A stretch of 64,000 nucleotides of DNA. It comes from the human T2T-CHM13v2.0 reference genome, Homo sapiens. The position numbers and the translations under genes were made by a program. Below the pieces are notes generated by a model. It was not told the origin of the DNA, ran no database searches, and saw only the letters and a program-made list of their open reading frames with translations. The stretch is taken from the NCBI RefSeq assembly GCF_009914755.1, contig NC_060935.1, one strand, 5' to 3'. Positions 1-16,528 of this stretch are shown piece by piece (position 1 is the first letter of the stretch; the number at the start of each line of letters is the position of its first letter).

Positions 1-144
1 TTTTGGCTATTGTGAATAATGCTGCTGTGATTATTGGTATACAAATAGCTGTTTGAATCCCTGCTTTCAATTCATTTGGGTATATGCCCAGAAATGGAAT
101 TGCTGGGTCACATGGTAATTCTATTTTAAATTAAATTAAATTAA

Positions 145-308
145 TTTTTTTCTTAGAGATAGGGTATTGCTCTGTTACCCAGGCTGTGCAGTGGTGTAAC
201 CATAGCTCACTGCAGCCTCGAACAGCTGGGCTCAAGGGATCCTCCTGCCTCAGCTTCCTAAGTGGCTGGGACTACAGGTGTGCACCATGGTGCCCAGCTA
301 TTTTAAAA
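145..308 (-). mobile_element. AluJ-like partial element
   Basis: Antisense Alu right arm (gctcactgcagcctcgaac..gggactacagg). Confidence 0.8.
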
Positions 309-459
309 TTACTTAATCCATTGTGAAATCTATTTTATATTTAAGTTAAATTTTATCTTATATTAAATTTGATTTAATTTTTTTGAGGAACCCCCATGCT
401 ATTTACCAAAGTGGCAGCACCATTTTACATTCCTACCAGCAGTGTACAAGGGTTCTTCT

Positions 460-1067
<608 letters not shown>

Positions 1068-1680
1068 TATTTTTTGGATTTTTGATAATAGCCATGCTTA
1101 TGGTGTGAAGTAGCATTTCATAATAGTTTTGATTTGCATTTTCCCAGTGTTTAGTGATGTGGGACATCTTTTCATGTGCTTATGGGTCATTTGCATATCT
1201 TCTATCACTGTCCTTTTTTACCCCGATATTTTTTTATTTCTGCTCATTTTCTCATTTATCTATTTTTCATTTTCTCTTTTGTTTGAATTGAGATTCAGCT
1301 TGTCAGATTTCATAAGGAGCTTGATTGAAATTGTATTGGATTTATATATTAATTTTGGGATTATTGGCATCTTTACAGACTTGAGTCTTTCTATTCTGGA
1401 ATACTGAATGCCTCTCCAGTGGGTTTTTTTCTTTTTCTTTTTTTTTCTGACTTTTCAGTAAAACTCTATAAAGATTTTGCACATTTTAGGTTTATGTGTG
1501 AATATAAAATATTTTGCATTACTCTTTTCCTGTTAGCTGTCCTAATAGATTGTTGTTAATGGTGGATGAGATGAGTGGTTTATTTTGGACTTGTCCATGT
1601 TGAAAAACAGATTCTTGAAATATACCTCCTGCATTATTTTCTTCTACCATCATCCACACTAGCTTGGATTATTACTTCTT

Positions 1681-1961
<281 letters not shown>

Positions 1962-2267
1962 GGATTATTACTTCTTATGAGTTTAGAGTCTTCTGTAAAA
2001 CCAGAGCTCTCACAATGCATTATTCTTCCTTAGACTGTTTATTAAAATATTAAGATTTATCCTAGCACTTACGTTCAACATACCATAGTTTTTATACTTC
2101 TCCATCTAAATAAAACCAAGTTTGTTCCTACACTAGTCCAGCCTGCATTCTCAAGAACTCCAGTGATTATACATCAACATCTAGAGATTAGGTATCCCAA
2201 TCCTTTCTTCCTATATCTAAGCTAACTCCTTCTTAGCCAAATGGTACCCTTTGATTTTGTGTTAATC

Positions 2268-2400
2268 CTTTCCTTCCCTCCACTCTTAACCCCTCTCATT
2301 CCATCTTCTCCCTCCCTTTTCCACCCCACTCTCTTCCTCCTCTTTCACCTCCTCTCCCTTTTTCTTTTTTTCCCCTCTTTTTTTTTTCTTCTTTTGTATC
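2268..2400 (+). repeat. Long C/T-rich low-complexity tract upstream of exon 5
   Basis: ~130 nt almost entirely pyrimidine. Confidence 0.8.
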
Positions 2401-2421
2401 TGAGCAGGGACTAACTTCTGA

Positions 2422-2703
<282 letters not shown>

Positions 2704-3220
2704 TAGGTGTCTGCAGCTGGGAGGTTGAAGACAACAGTCAGAATATGGTAAATTCTTGATAGTATATCATCTAAACTTTGCCTGTCTTCTGGTTGATTTT
2801 TCTTTCAGCTTCTGGTATTCTGGAAGTTGTTGCCATGTCTACACATTTCCTTTCTCCCCACTTGGGAAGTGCATGTTACCTAATAGGATTGATGAGAGAG
2901 AGTGCTCTTCTGAGAATGGTTTTTTGCAGTAGTAGTAGCAGTAATGGCATCTGCTGCTCTGGAGAGTGGGGACTGAAAGCAGTTGGCAGAGGCCAGTGAG
3001 CTGAGTGAAGTGTCCTTTCTCTTTATTCAGAGTCAGGCCTCCCTAGTGTGGGTTCCTTTTTTGTCTTAAAGTGGTGTGAATTCCTAGATGTCAGATGTAG
3101 CCATAATTTAGTTGTCAAAACACCAGTGCGTTCAAGATTTGAAAGAAAAGCCTTGGGCTTTATCTACTCATCTAGATTGTTGCCAGTGTCTTCAGTGAGT
3201 GGTGGGTAACTGAAGTTTAA

Positions 3221-3554
<334 letters not shown>

Positions 3555-4479
3555 TAGCTTTTGTATTTCAGTTCAAAGTGTTCATATTAATTATTGTTTT
3601 ATTTGTCCCTTTAGTACAACTGAGCCTAGGAGGTGGAGTTATTGCCCACATGATTTAGGTGGAGCAACTAAGACCTGGAGCCATACCAAAGTGAGGCCCA
3701 GGCTCTCCCAGAACGCTGTGGTGGTCCCTTTCCCCAGGCCTGGGGCAGGTGGGGCATGCTGAAGAGAGGGAGGGACATAGGAACTCAGCTCAGCCAGTGG
3801 GGAGCACTGGGAACATCGTTTCAACCCTCTTCAGTTGTCCAGTTGTTTTGCTCTTTTGTTTATAGTTTTTGTTTCCCTCCAGAGCCTTGTGCTTCCTCTT
3901 GTCCAAGCTCCACAGACACTTCTTTTTTCCCTCCCCTCCCTGACATGTTACTCACGGTTCTGAGAAACATGGTAACAAGCCCATTCCTCCAGATGGAGAA
4001 AAGAGGGCAGATAATTTCCAGCTAGGCTGGATTTTCCAATGTCATGTGTTTGAATGGCAAAAGGTGGCCACAGGGCTTTTCATGGACCCAGGATTATTTG
4101 AAGTGGTAGTCAGGCATCTGGGCAGGCTGTGGCTTGACGAAAGGCAGGAGACGGAATGAAGTGAGGGTTCTGGGGTGGAGAGCTGGGTAAAGGACCGAGA
4201 TGTAGATGTGTGATTGGATTCTTAGAGCCCTCTGTTAAAAAGAGTTCCCTCCGTGGTTTCAGGAAATGAAGAAAATGGGACAGCCCTGGGCTGTCAGTCT
4301 GGTTCTTAGGGCTCAGGACAGGTGCCTCAAATGTGAGTTTGTCCAGGGGACAGCTCTGAGCCAGGCAGGCAGCCTGGATGCAAGTGGTTTGGACTGTCTG
4401 GAGGTGTGCACTCACAGTCAGGTGGGGTTCAGTGTGAATGTTTGTAGAGGAGTGGTTGATTTTTTAGAAGTTTTTCTAG

Positions 4480-4967
<488 letters not shown>

Positions 4968-5413
4968 AAGGTTGGTGCATTTTATAAAACTAATCAATCA
5001 CAGAATCTGAGAGCTGGATAGTATCTTAGGGATAATCTGGTTGGCGAGTTTCAGACTGTAGTTTGTGGTAGAGCCCTGTTTTCAAGTCAGTTCCTCTATA
5101 GAGGTCCAGCTTATAAAAAAAGAAATGGAGCTTCTTTGGTTGAACTTGGCAGTGTGGGTCTTTGTGACGCCTCTTCTCTGTCACATGCACAATATAGTAC
5201 CCCGAGGTACTGAACTTCCCAGGTTCCATGGAGCAAGGTTTGCAAACCATTGATCTAGTCGAACCTCCTCTTTGTAGATAAGGAAACTGGAGCCTAGAAA
5301 ACAACATATTTTCAGCCCAAGGGAGTTTTTATCTTTTCTTCCCTCTTCAGTTTGTGTTTTACTTCATTTTTTAGTTTTTTAATTTTTTAAATTATTATTT
5401 TTTTTTGCTATTG

Positions 5414-5471
5414 ATTTTATTTATTTATTTATTTATTTATTTATTATTTATTATACTTTAAGTTTTAGGGT
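5414..5471 (-). mobile_element. Extremely 5'-truncated L1PA 3' end with (TTTA)n tail
   Basis: (ttta)n followed by ttatactttaagttttagggt, the antisense L1PA terminus. Confidence 0.6.
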
Positions 5472-5580
5472 TTAAATAGAGGGTGGGTTTTTGCTGAGGG
5501 CTTGCCCAGGGCTGAGGTAGCAAGTGTAAATCAGAAGTGCTTTGTCTTCGTTTTCTCTGCATGTTTATATACCCATCTAG

Positions 5581-7266
5581 GAAACGCAGCCTGAGGAGGG
5601 ACTTCTGCCTCCTTCATCCTTTCTCTGCAGCTTGTCTCCTCCGTCAGCACCTGGGCTTGCTGATCTGGACCTAGATCAAGAGATGCAGGCTATAAGTGAG
5701 GGATCCTATAACAAAGGAAAGAGCCCAGGCATGCTGGGTGACACTCCCTGGCGTTTCATGGGTGCCCTTCCCAGAAAGCTGCAGCCACTCTCCAAAGGCC
5801 AACCTTCCCAAATCCACCAGGTCTTTGCTGACATGGAGAAAATCTTAGGCAGGGCCCCAGCCCAATGCAGGAGAGAATTAGGTGATCAGCAGGGTCTGGA
5901 GAAACTCCAGAAGGCGACAGAGAAAATCTACCTGGGGTTTTCAGATCCTGAAACAGAAGAGCTGGAAATGAGAAGCAGGCAGCAGAAACTGGGCACTCCA
6001 GCCCCTCAGAACACTGGGCTTCTCCAAAATATGCAGGATGTGGTAGAAAGCAGGAACCAGGCCTCTGTCCACTCAAAGCTTTCTGAAGCCATCAAAGGCC
6101 TGCCACTGAAAGGGGAGCAGCACAGCCACAGCTTAGCCAAACTGAGCCCCACTGGCCCTGGAGGGGACAAGGGCCAAAGCCCCATTCCCATGTCATCCCC
6201 TGAGGAGGAGCCCTCCCTGTCCTCTTGTTCTTCCGGCCACATGTTGCCTGCCAGGAAGAGCAAGTTGTTGTTAGATAGCAGCCCTACTGAAGACCTGAGC
6301 TGGCAGGGAGTTCCTGGGGAAGGTGGGAGCATAGGCAGCGGGAGGAGGAGGAGAGAACCTCCTGGACTGTGGATGGAACAGGTCTCCAAGCTTGTCAATA
6401 AGGATATCCCAGGAAGCTGCAAGGAAACAGAGCCCAGTGACCCTGAGGCTCTAGGGGCCTCAGCTGAAGATCTACCTCAGGGTCTCTTGCTAATACCACC
6501 TGAAACCCTGGCATCAGAACCAGCTCAGAATCCCCTTTTAGGGAGGGCTCCCGAGGAGCCTCCTGCCAGTGAGAAGAGACAGGCCCTAGGGTCTGCAGAG
6601 CTCCCTTATAAAGATCAGAAGCCTAGCTTGTCTGGGCCTGACTTGGAGAGCAGCAGCAGCAGCAGCAGCAACAGCAACCTGGCCTCACACCTGGGCTCTC
6701 CTGTCCTGGATGAGGTGAACAACTTCCCTTGGAACCTGCAGAGCTCACGGGGATCTGAGGAGGGTATGGCTCAGTCAGACTCGGGTCTCAGAGATCAACA
6801 CTTCAGCCCCTTCTTAGATCCTCACATGTCCCACATGCAGAGCCCTGACGAGGAGCAGTCAGAAAGTGAAGACTACTCTGAGGACCAGAGGTTCTACCAG
6901 CACATCCTGCAGATGGTCAAGATCTCCAGGTGGCCGGAGGGCCTGGGGCTGCCTGAGAGCATGCAGGACATGCCGTGCAGACACAGCGCCAGCACAGTCT
7001 GTTGCATGGCAGCTGAGTCTTCTAGGATGTCTAGTGAGGGTGAGCACGAGGCCATCAGAGTCATGGAGAGGGACTCGAGGTTTCTGTCATGGGAGCCAGA
7101 GCTGCTGGAACATCCTCAGGAGGTGGCCCTCGCCCCTGCTTGGCAAGAGGCCTCTCAGCAAGCCCATTTCCAGCCAAGCAGCAGCACCCTCAGGCAGGGG
7201 CTAGTCCAGCAGAGCTCCAGCAGAGGGCTTACTACAGAGCCAGGCAAGATGCAGCATCTCAACCAG
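5581..7266 (+). CDS. CEP164: Candidate giant alternative cassette exon of CEP164 (562 codons, S/P/E/Q/G-rich)
   Basis: Acceptor ..ttttctctgcatgtttatatacccatctag|GAA, donor AAC CAG|gtaggc; 1686 nt = 562 codons, no stop; phase 0/0 matches exons 5 and 6; contains most of track ORF 5632-7293. Confidence 0.75.
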
Positions 7267-7740
7267 GTAGGCTTCTTAGTGAGCATGGCCTAAAGGCCTA
7301 AACTTGGCAGGGAGGGAGCAGGTGGAGTTGATGTCTTACCACAGCCATCAGGCCTGCATTCCTGTTACCCACCCTACCGTGGTAACTATTGGCCCTTTAA
7401 CTACCCAAATGGCCATTTTATGGAATGACACATACTTGAAGTTTCTTCTACTCCATCACCTGCAAGATAGGGCTGAGGGTATCTCTGATTTCCCTTCCCT
7501 GGCTGTAATTGTAATTCATGGGTGGTTCATGTGCTTTGAACATGATCAGTTTTGCGGGTGAGCAGAACGTCGCTAATCCTGGCATTCGTGCAGGATATAA
7601 ACACCTTCCTGGGATTTGGGAAGTTTTTCCTATCAGCTGATTCTAGAGAGAGGTCCTTCCTATTTGGAAATAGGCAGCCTACCCCAAAGCTCTGAACTTT
7701 ATTTCTTCTCGAAATCAGACAGAACTAGAAAGTTAATATT

Positions 7741-8371
<631 letters not shown>

Positions 8372-9189
8372 GAGAGCTAATATTCTTATGAGAGACGGAG
8401 GCCAGAACCTTTCTCTGCCATCCAGTGAGCTGCTTCTGCTCTTTGCCTCCTAGGGTCCCCAGAAAACCACATGGATAACCTGTGTCAGGCTTGTGTAGAC
8501 CATATTTGTGACGTCACTCTTGAGTTCACTTCCTCCTCTACTGGGATTTATCAAATGGCTGACCTTGCCCTATCATTCTACCTTTGTCCCTTTAAAGAGT
8601 CACTATATTCTTCATTCAGAAGTCAAGTTGGATCAGAGACCATGGGGATCAATCTGAATTTCTCCAGCTATTCTTTTGTTGTTGCCCAGCTGTGGCTTTA
8701 TCCAGTTGTTCCCTCTGCTTCCTAATTGCTGGCTTGCACTGGTTCTCTGTTAGCTTTAATAACTACTGTAGCACTATAAATATCGGATAAGCTGCAGATT
8801 ATCCTGAAAGTTTTAATTAGCCCAGTGGCAGTAAGTCTATCTGCTCTGAAGGACAACTCCACGCATAGCCCCATACTCAGAGTTAATGGCCATCTATAGA
8901 AGATGATCAGCTAGGAGCCAGGAATGTATAATTTCTCCACTAATCGCTGATTTGGTCAAGGCCTGGGAGAACAAAGCCCTCAGCATGCTTGTCTCCCTCC
9001 CTCAAGCCCCCAGCATGTTAGCAAATTAGCCAGCCATGTTAGGAGTCTGTATTTCCATAAATACAGTGTGGGGATAATTTTGCTTGCTGATACATAGGCT
9101 GGTTTGAAGGGCTGAAACCAGGAGGGGCATGCCTGGTTTGCCTAGTTAACCTTGAAGAAGCTTTCTTGGGCTCTTCCCCTCCCCCGGCC

Positions 9190-9487
9190 TTTTTTTTTTT
9201 TTTTTTTAAGAGACCAGAGTTTTGCTCTGTTGTCCATGCTGGAGTTCAATGGTGTGATCGTAGCTCATTGCAGCCTTGAGCTCCTGGGCTTAAGCAATCC
9301 TCCCGAGTAGCTGGGACTACAGATGTGTACCACTATACCCAGCTAATTAAAAATTATTTTTTTGTAGACATGGGGTCTTACTGTGTTGCCCAGACTGGTC
9401 TTGTACCCCTGGCCTAAAAGTGATCCTCCTGCCTTGGCTTCCGAAAGTACTGGGGTTATAGGTGTCAGGGACCATGTATGTCCTAGG
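9190..9487 (-). mobile_element. AluJ
   Basis: Diverged Alu consensus with T tail. Confidence 0.85.
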
Positions 9488-9599
9488 CTCTTCTTTCTGC
9501 CACAGCCAGAGCTGGTATAAAGTACTGTCTTAGAGATAGCCTTGGGTTCCAATCCCATCTCTGCCCCTCACTGGCTCTGTGACTTTGGGCAGGGTTCTT

Positions 9600-9892
9600 T
9601 TTTTTTTTTTTGAGACAGGGTCTCACTCTGTAACCCAGGCTGGAGTGAAATGGCATGATGTCACCTCACTGCAACCTCTATCTCCCAGGTTCAAGTGATT
9701 CTCCTGCCTTAGCCTCCTCAGTAGCTGGGATTACAGGCACCTGCCACCATGCCCGGCTAATTTTTGTATTTTAGTAGAGACAGGGTTTTACCATATTGGT
9801 CAGGCTGGTCTTGAATTCCTGACCTTAGGTAATCCGCCTGCCTCAGCCTCTCAAAGTGCTGGGATTACAGGCGTGAGCCACCACGCCCAGCC
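9600..9892 (-). mobile_element. AluS
   Basis: Alu consensus; TSD tgggcagggttctt. Confidence 0.9.
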
Positions 9893-10789
9893 TGGGCAGG
9901 GTTCTTGACCTCACCAACCTCCGTTTGCTCGTATGGGGACTGTGGATAATGGCAGAGCCAGTCTCAGGTGGTTGTGAGAGTAAAATAAGACATTGTACGG
10001 AAGGTGTTTAGCCAGTGCACTGCTGGCTGGTGTTACGATTATCAGCTCGTTTTCTCCTTCACAAACATGTTCTACAACAGGCCAGATGATTGTGGACCTG
10101 CAGAAGCTCAGGAGTGTCTCTCACCTTACTTTCCTGATGAGCATCTGATGCAGAAATGGGCCCTGCTGGGAACCCACCCACCGGTCTGGCCCCTAGGCTG
10201 AGGCTACAGGTGAGAAGATGGATCTTCTGAACCTCAGCCTGACCGCCTCTGGGTTTCCTTTTCTCTCTTCAGTCTTTGTGGGATTAGGGAGGATTGGAAT
10301 TTTTGTGTCATCTTAGACATTTTAAGTTTGAGAAATGAATTTTGAAGGGGTCTTTGTAAATTGTCACCAGATTGCCATCCTTGCTTCTGATAAGCCTAAA
10401 TTATTGTAATGTGAATCCCTGTGATGGTGGCAATTTTATAATGCTGGTGTAGCCCTGGGCCACTCACAAAGGCCCCTAGCACTCATCTCCTTGAGCTTCT
10501 CTGCACACCTAGTCAGGTGGCAAGGCACACATCATCTCCATCTTGCGGATGAGTAAACTGAGAATTGGAGAGTCTGTGAGTAGCGGGAGGTCTCACGAAT
10601 TCTGACTCGTAGCCTGATTTCTTTCCCCAGCCCTTGCTTGCAGGAAGGAGAACAGGGAAAAGAAGGGACCTGGTCAGCCCCACTACTGCCCTTCGGCAAG
10701 GCTCCTTTCAGCCACCTTCCTCATCAGTGGAGAGGGGAGAGAGTCCTTCTTTTGTTGCTCATGTGTATTTTTTTTGTAGTTAGTGTTGA

Positions 10790-11352
<563 letters not shown>

Positions 11353-11542
11353 TAGTTAAAAAAGTCAAATAGTACTAAAAGGCATATAAGAAAGTATAGC
11401 ACTTCACTGTACAGAGCTCTCCTCAAAGGCAACCATTCTGTTGTGGTGTTTACATCCATCTTTGTAAATAATACACTTAGACTGCTTTTTCTTGACTCAT
11501 CAGTTTTAAACTTTATCAACTGAGAATTCTTCTGGTAGATGA

Positions 11543-12188
<646 letters not shown>

Positions 12189-12354
12189 TCCTATATGGCT
12201 TCTGAAAGGAGAGCAGAACCCCACGCAGCATCTGCCAGATGTAAAAGAACTGTTTACTGTGAGACAGCATGAGACTTATGAGAATCAGGAAACCAGCCTG
12301 TGATTTCTCACACAGTTGGCACAATGGTAATTTCTGGATGTTGTGTTTCATTAG

Positions 12355-12672
<318 letters not shown>

Positions 12673-13052
12673 TAGTTCCTGTGGGGCCTCCCGTGTGCCA
12701 TACCAGGAACTATGGCCTAGGGGTGAGAAATAGACAGAATCGGTGGAGTCCTCAGAGTTCGTAATCCAGTTGGGAAAATGTAATTCGCACCTGTATGAAT
12801 GTGGACTCTGGGCTGTGGAGGATAGACCCATGCTGTAGGGACATCAGTGCTGATTTCCAAGTCTCTGCAGCCAAGGCAGTAGGAGTAGGCAAAGGGAGTC
12901 ATTGATGTGAGCTGCAGTCGCCAGGTCAGCTTCATGGACATGGTGGCACTTGATCTGGGAGACATTGACATAGAGAGTGGGGAGGAGCATTCTAAAGGTC
13001 ATTCCAAAGGTCTTCCAAGTGAGTCCTTTGACTGTCCTTCTCTATTTTGAAG

Positions 13053-13187
13053 CCTTCACAGGGTCTCAAGACCTCTGCTTATACAAAGGGTCTCTTGGGC
13101 TCCATATATGAGGACAAGACTGCTCTCAGCCTCTTGGGTTTAGGAGAAGAAACCAATGAGGAGGATGAGGAGGAAAGTGACAACCAG
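13053..13187 (+). CDS. CEP164: CEP164 exon 7
   Basis: tgaag|CCT TCA CAG..AAC CAG|gtaatg; 135 nt; PSQGLKT..ESDNQ. Confidence 0.95.
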
Positions 13188-13249
13188 GTAATGATGAAGT
13201 CCTCTCCCTGGCCTGGAAACCCTCTGTGCCATATTTTTTCCTTTTGAAA

Positions 13250-13750
13250 ATGTTTTTGCTGTGATAGAAAAAATATGTAACATAAAATTTGCCCTTTTAA
13301 CCATTTTAAAGTTAAAATTCAGTGGTATTAATTACCTTCACAATGTGTGCACCCAACACCACTATCCATTTCTTTTTTTTTCTGCACTCCCCCGCCGCCA
13401 CTATTCATTTCTAGAACTTGTTCATCATCCCAAATAGAAACTGTGTACCTATTGAATGATAACTTCCTATTCCCTCTCCCTCCATCCCTGGAAACCTAAT
13501 CTGCTTACTGTGTCTATGAATTTACCTATTCTAGGTACTTCATATAAGTGGAATTATACAATGTTTGTCCTTTTGTGTCTGGCTTATTTCACTTAGCATA
13601 ATGTTTCAAGCTTCATCTATGTTGTAGCATGTATTAGAACTTTGGTCCTTTTTAAGGCTGAATAATATTCCATGGTATGGATATGCCACATTTTGTTTAT
13701 CTACTCATCTGTCGATGAATATATATGGGTTGTTTCCACCTTTGGCTGAT
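13250..13750 (-). mobile_element. L1MB-like 3' fragment
   Basis: catataagtggaattatacaatgtttgtccttttgtgtctggcttatttcacttagcataatg and neighbouring L1M motifs. Confidence 0.8.
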
Positions 13751-14077
13751 CTCTGTGCTACTTTTTAAAAAAGCAAGAAGTTTTTTTGGCCTACAGCTTC
13801 ATTTCTTGAGCAGTCTATTATGTCTTCTAGATCTGATCCAGAAAGTACAGCCAGCAGAAAGCACCTTGGCCACTTGCTTGTTGCACAGCATAGTTTGCGC
13901 TGGATGGAGAGCCGTTTAGTGAGGCTGCCTCAGTGGTGGTCCTGCTCTGAGTCCTCTGAAGCCCTGCCTGGGCCCGCCTGTCAGCTCAGCAGTGCCCCAC
14001 TTTTCCCTCTGCACACCCCTCACCCTGGGTTGACCAGTTTCTTCAGAGTTACCACTTGTCATCATTTTTGTTTCTAG

Positions 14078-14215
<138 letters not shown>

Positions 14216-14406
14216 TAAGCCCTGCTACTTTGTTGTAATGCATATTTGGAAAAAGAACCATTTTGTCCCAGTCCTTCCAGATGAGATTTCTGGGGTTTGG
14301 GGAAGGACAAGAATAAATGAATGGATTCCTGTCCCTTCCAGACCCTGCCTCTAAACAAACAAACATCAACACTCATTATGTTATTGTAATACCTAAAACC
14401 TCCAAT

Positions 14407-14408
<2 letters not shown>

Positions 14409-14440
<32 letters not shown>

Positions 14441-14713
14441 GACAGAGCCTCACTCTTTTGCCCAGCTTGGAGTACAGTGGTGTGAACAGAGCTCACTGCT
14501 TTGAATTCCTGGGTTCAAGTGATCCTCTGCCTCAGCCTCCTGAGTAGTTAGGACTACAGGCATACGCACCCATGCCTGTCTACTTTTTACATTTTTTGCA
14601 GAGATGAGGTCTCTCTGTTGACCAGACTGGTTTCAAACTCCCGGTCTCAAGCAGTCCTTCCATCTTGGTCTCCCAAAGTGCTGGAATTACAGGTGTGAGC
14701 CATTGTGCCCAGC
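14409..14713 (-). mobile_element. AluJ
   Basis: Alu consensus after a long T run. Confidence 0.85.
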
Positions 14714-15189
14714 TATGTGTTTTTGTACTTAGAAAGGAGCTTTCCCTACCATGTATCCTTTGTTTAGTGTCCAGTGTATTCATTTAAATATAACATTTCT
14801 CTAAATATTCCCTAAGTATTTATACAACCAATGAATCATGAACTCAACAATTAGATTTCCCCAAATATTTAAATATTTGTTGCAGGCTCAATCAGTTAAA
14901 CTTTTCACAAGTCTAATATATCAAGTTCTTTTAAATACTTTCAATACCTTAACATCAAACAAGTCACTCACACTTTATTAGAAAGATCACAAAACTGGCC
15001 TGTAAAACTTTAGAAGTGCTTATATCCTGAATTTAAATTTGTTTTCTCATTATCCCTTATTATTTCTGACTTGTTTCTTGGAAATCACTTTACCTTAAGA
15101 GCCAGGATTGGTGTCTCAGGCCACTTGAAGTTTCAGATGTGCTGGCTGATAGCCCCTGATTTGGTACTTGAGACCTGAGTTGTGGGTGA

Positions 15190-15477
<288 letters not shown>

Positions 15478-16221
15478 TAACCTCAGAAACTGTTCAGCAT
15501 TTTGGCTCTGCACAGTCAGATACCTTTTGATTATGACTTTACAATTTCTTGCCAAATGTGACACTTTTTTCTAAGTGTCCCGTTTTTATTATCAAGCTGA
15601 TATAGGTCTGCTTTGAAACTGTTCCTTCTGAGTGGGGCCTAGTCTGGAAGGATTAAATCTAAAGCCTTCAATCTGTTTAGTTCCCTGAAATGACAACTTT
15701 ATTTTCTTCTCCACCACCAGTAAGACCTATATTGATCAAAGGAGATGCTCAGGCTTTGTGCCTAGAAGGTTGACCATGTATAGGACTAGGGGTGTCAGAG
15801 GACTTATTTGCTTGTGGAGGAAGAAGACAATCTCTATGAGAATGAGCAAGTTGAGGCTGGAGATTCTGCCCTATTCATTTCTGTATGGCCAGGAAGCAAC
15901 TAGCCTGCTGCCTCTGAAACATAGGAAGTGCTTGGGTATGTTTTGTTCAACAATCGAGAGAGTGAACTTGTGAATGAGTGAATGAGCCACCTCGGGACAG
16001 AGAGAGTGTCCAGGCAGGTTGTGTCATATTTTTTTCTTCACTTGGCTTTTCCAGTTTCTGGATAGAGTGGGTACTTGGTCCCTGCTGTCAGCTGGTGGAT
16101 GGAAGATCCTGATGTGGATTGATCATGATTTACTTTGACCTTGGGCTTGTTAACATTTACTTCATAATGGATTGTAAATGTCAACAAAAAAGGCTTTTTC
16201 TTCTTTGAAAGGTGGATTTCT

Positions 16222-16528
<307 letters not shown>

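Noticed and set aside
5632-7293. 553-aa ORF as an independent single-exon gene or retrocopy
   Set aside because: The track start is TTG, no poly(A) remnant or TSD is visible, and the ORF limits match phase-compatible splice sites, so a CEP164 exon explains it better. I saw no AATAAA shortly after 7293 to support a terminal-exon model.
10356-10437. 12-bp inverted repeat (aaattgtcacca / tggtggcaattt) as a snoRNA, miRNA or MITE
   Set aside because: No correctly placed C/D or H/ACA boxes, the stem is short with a ~55-nt loop, and it is compatible with chance.
14780-15070. AT-rich block that stands out compositionally (similarly ~1985-2265)
   Set aside because: No ORF, termini or family motif that I could identify; possibly a decayed repeat. 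A Dfam/BLAST search is needed.
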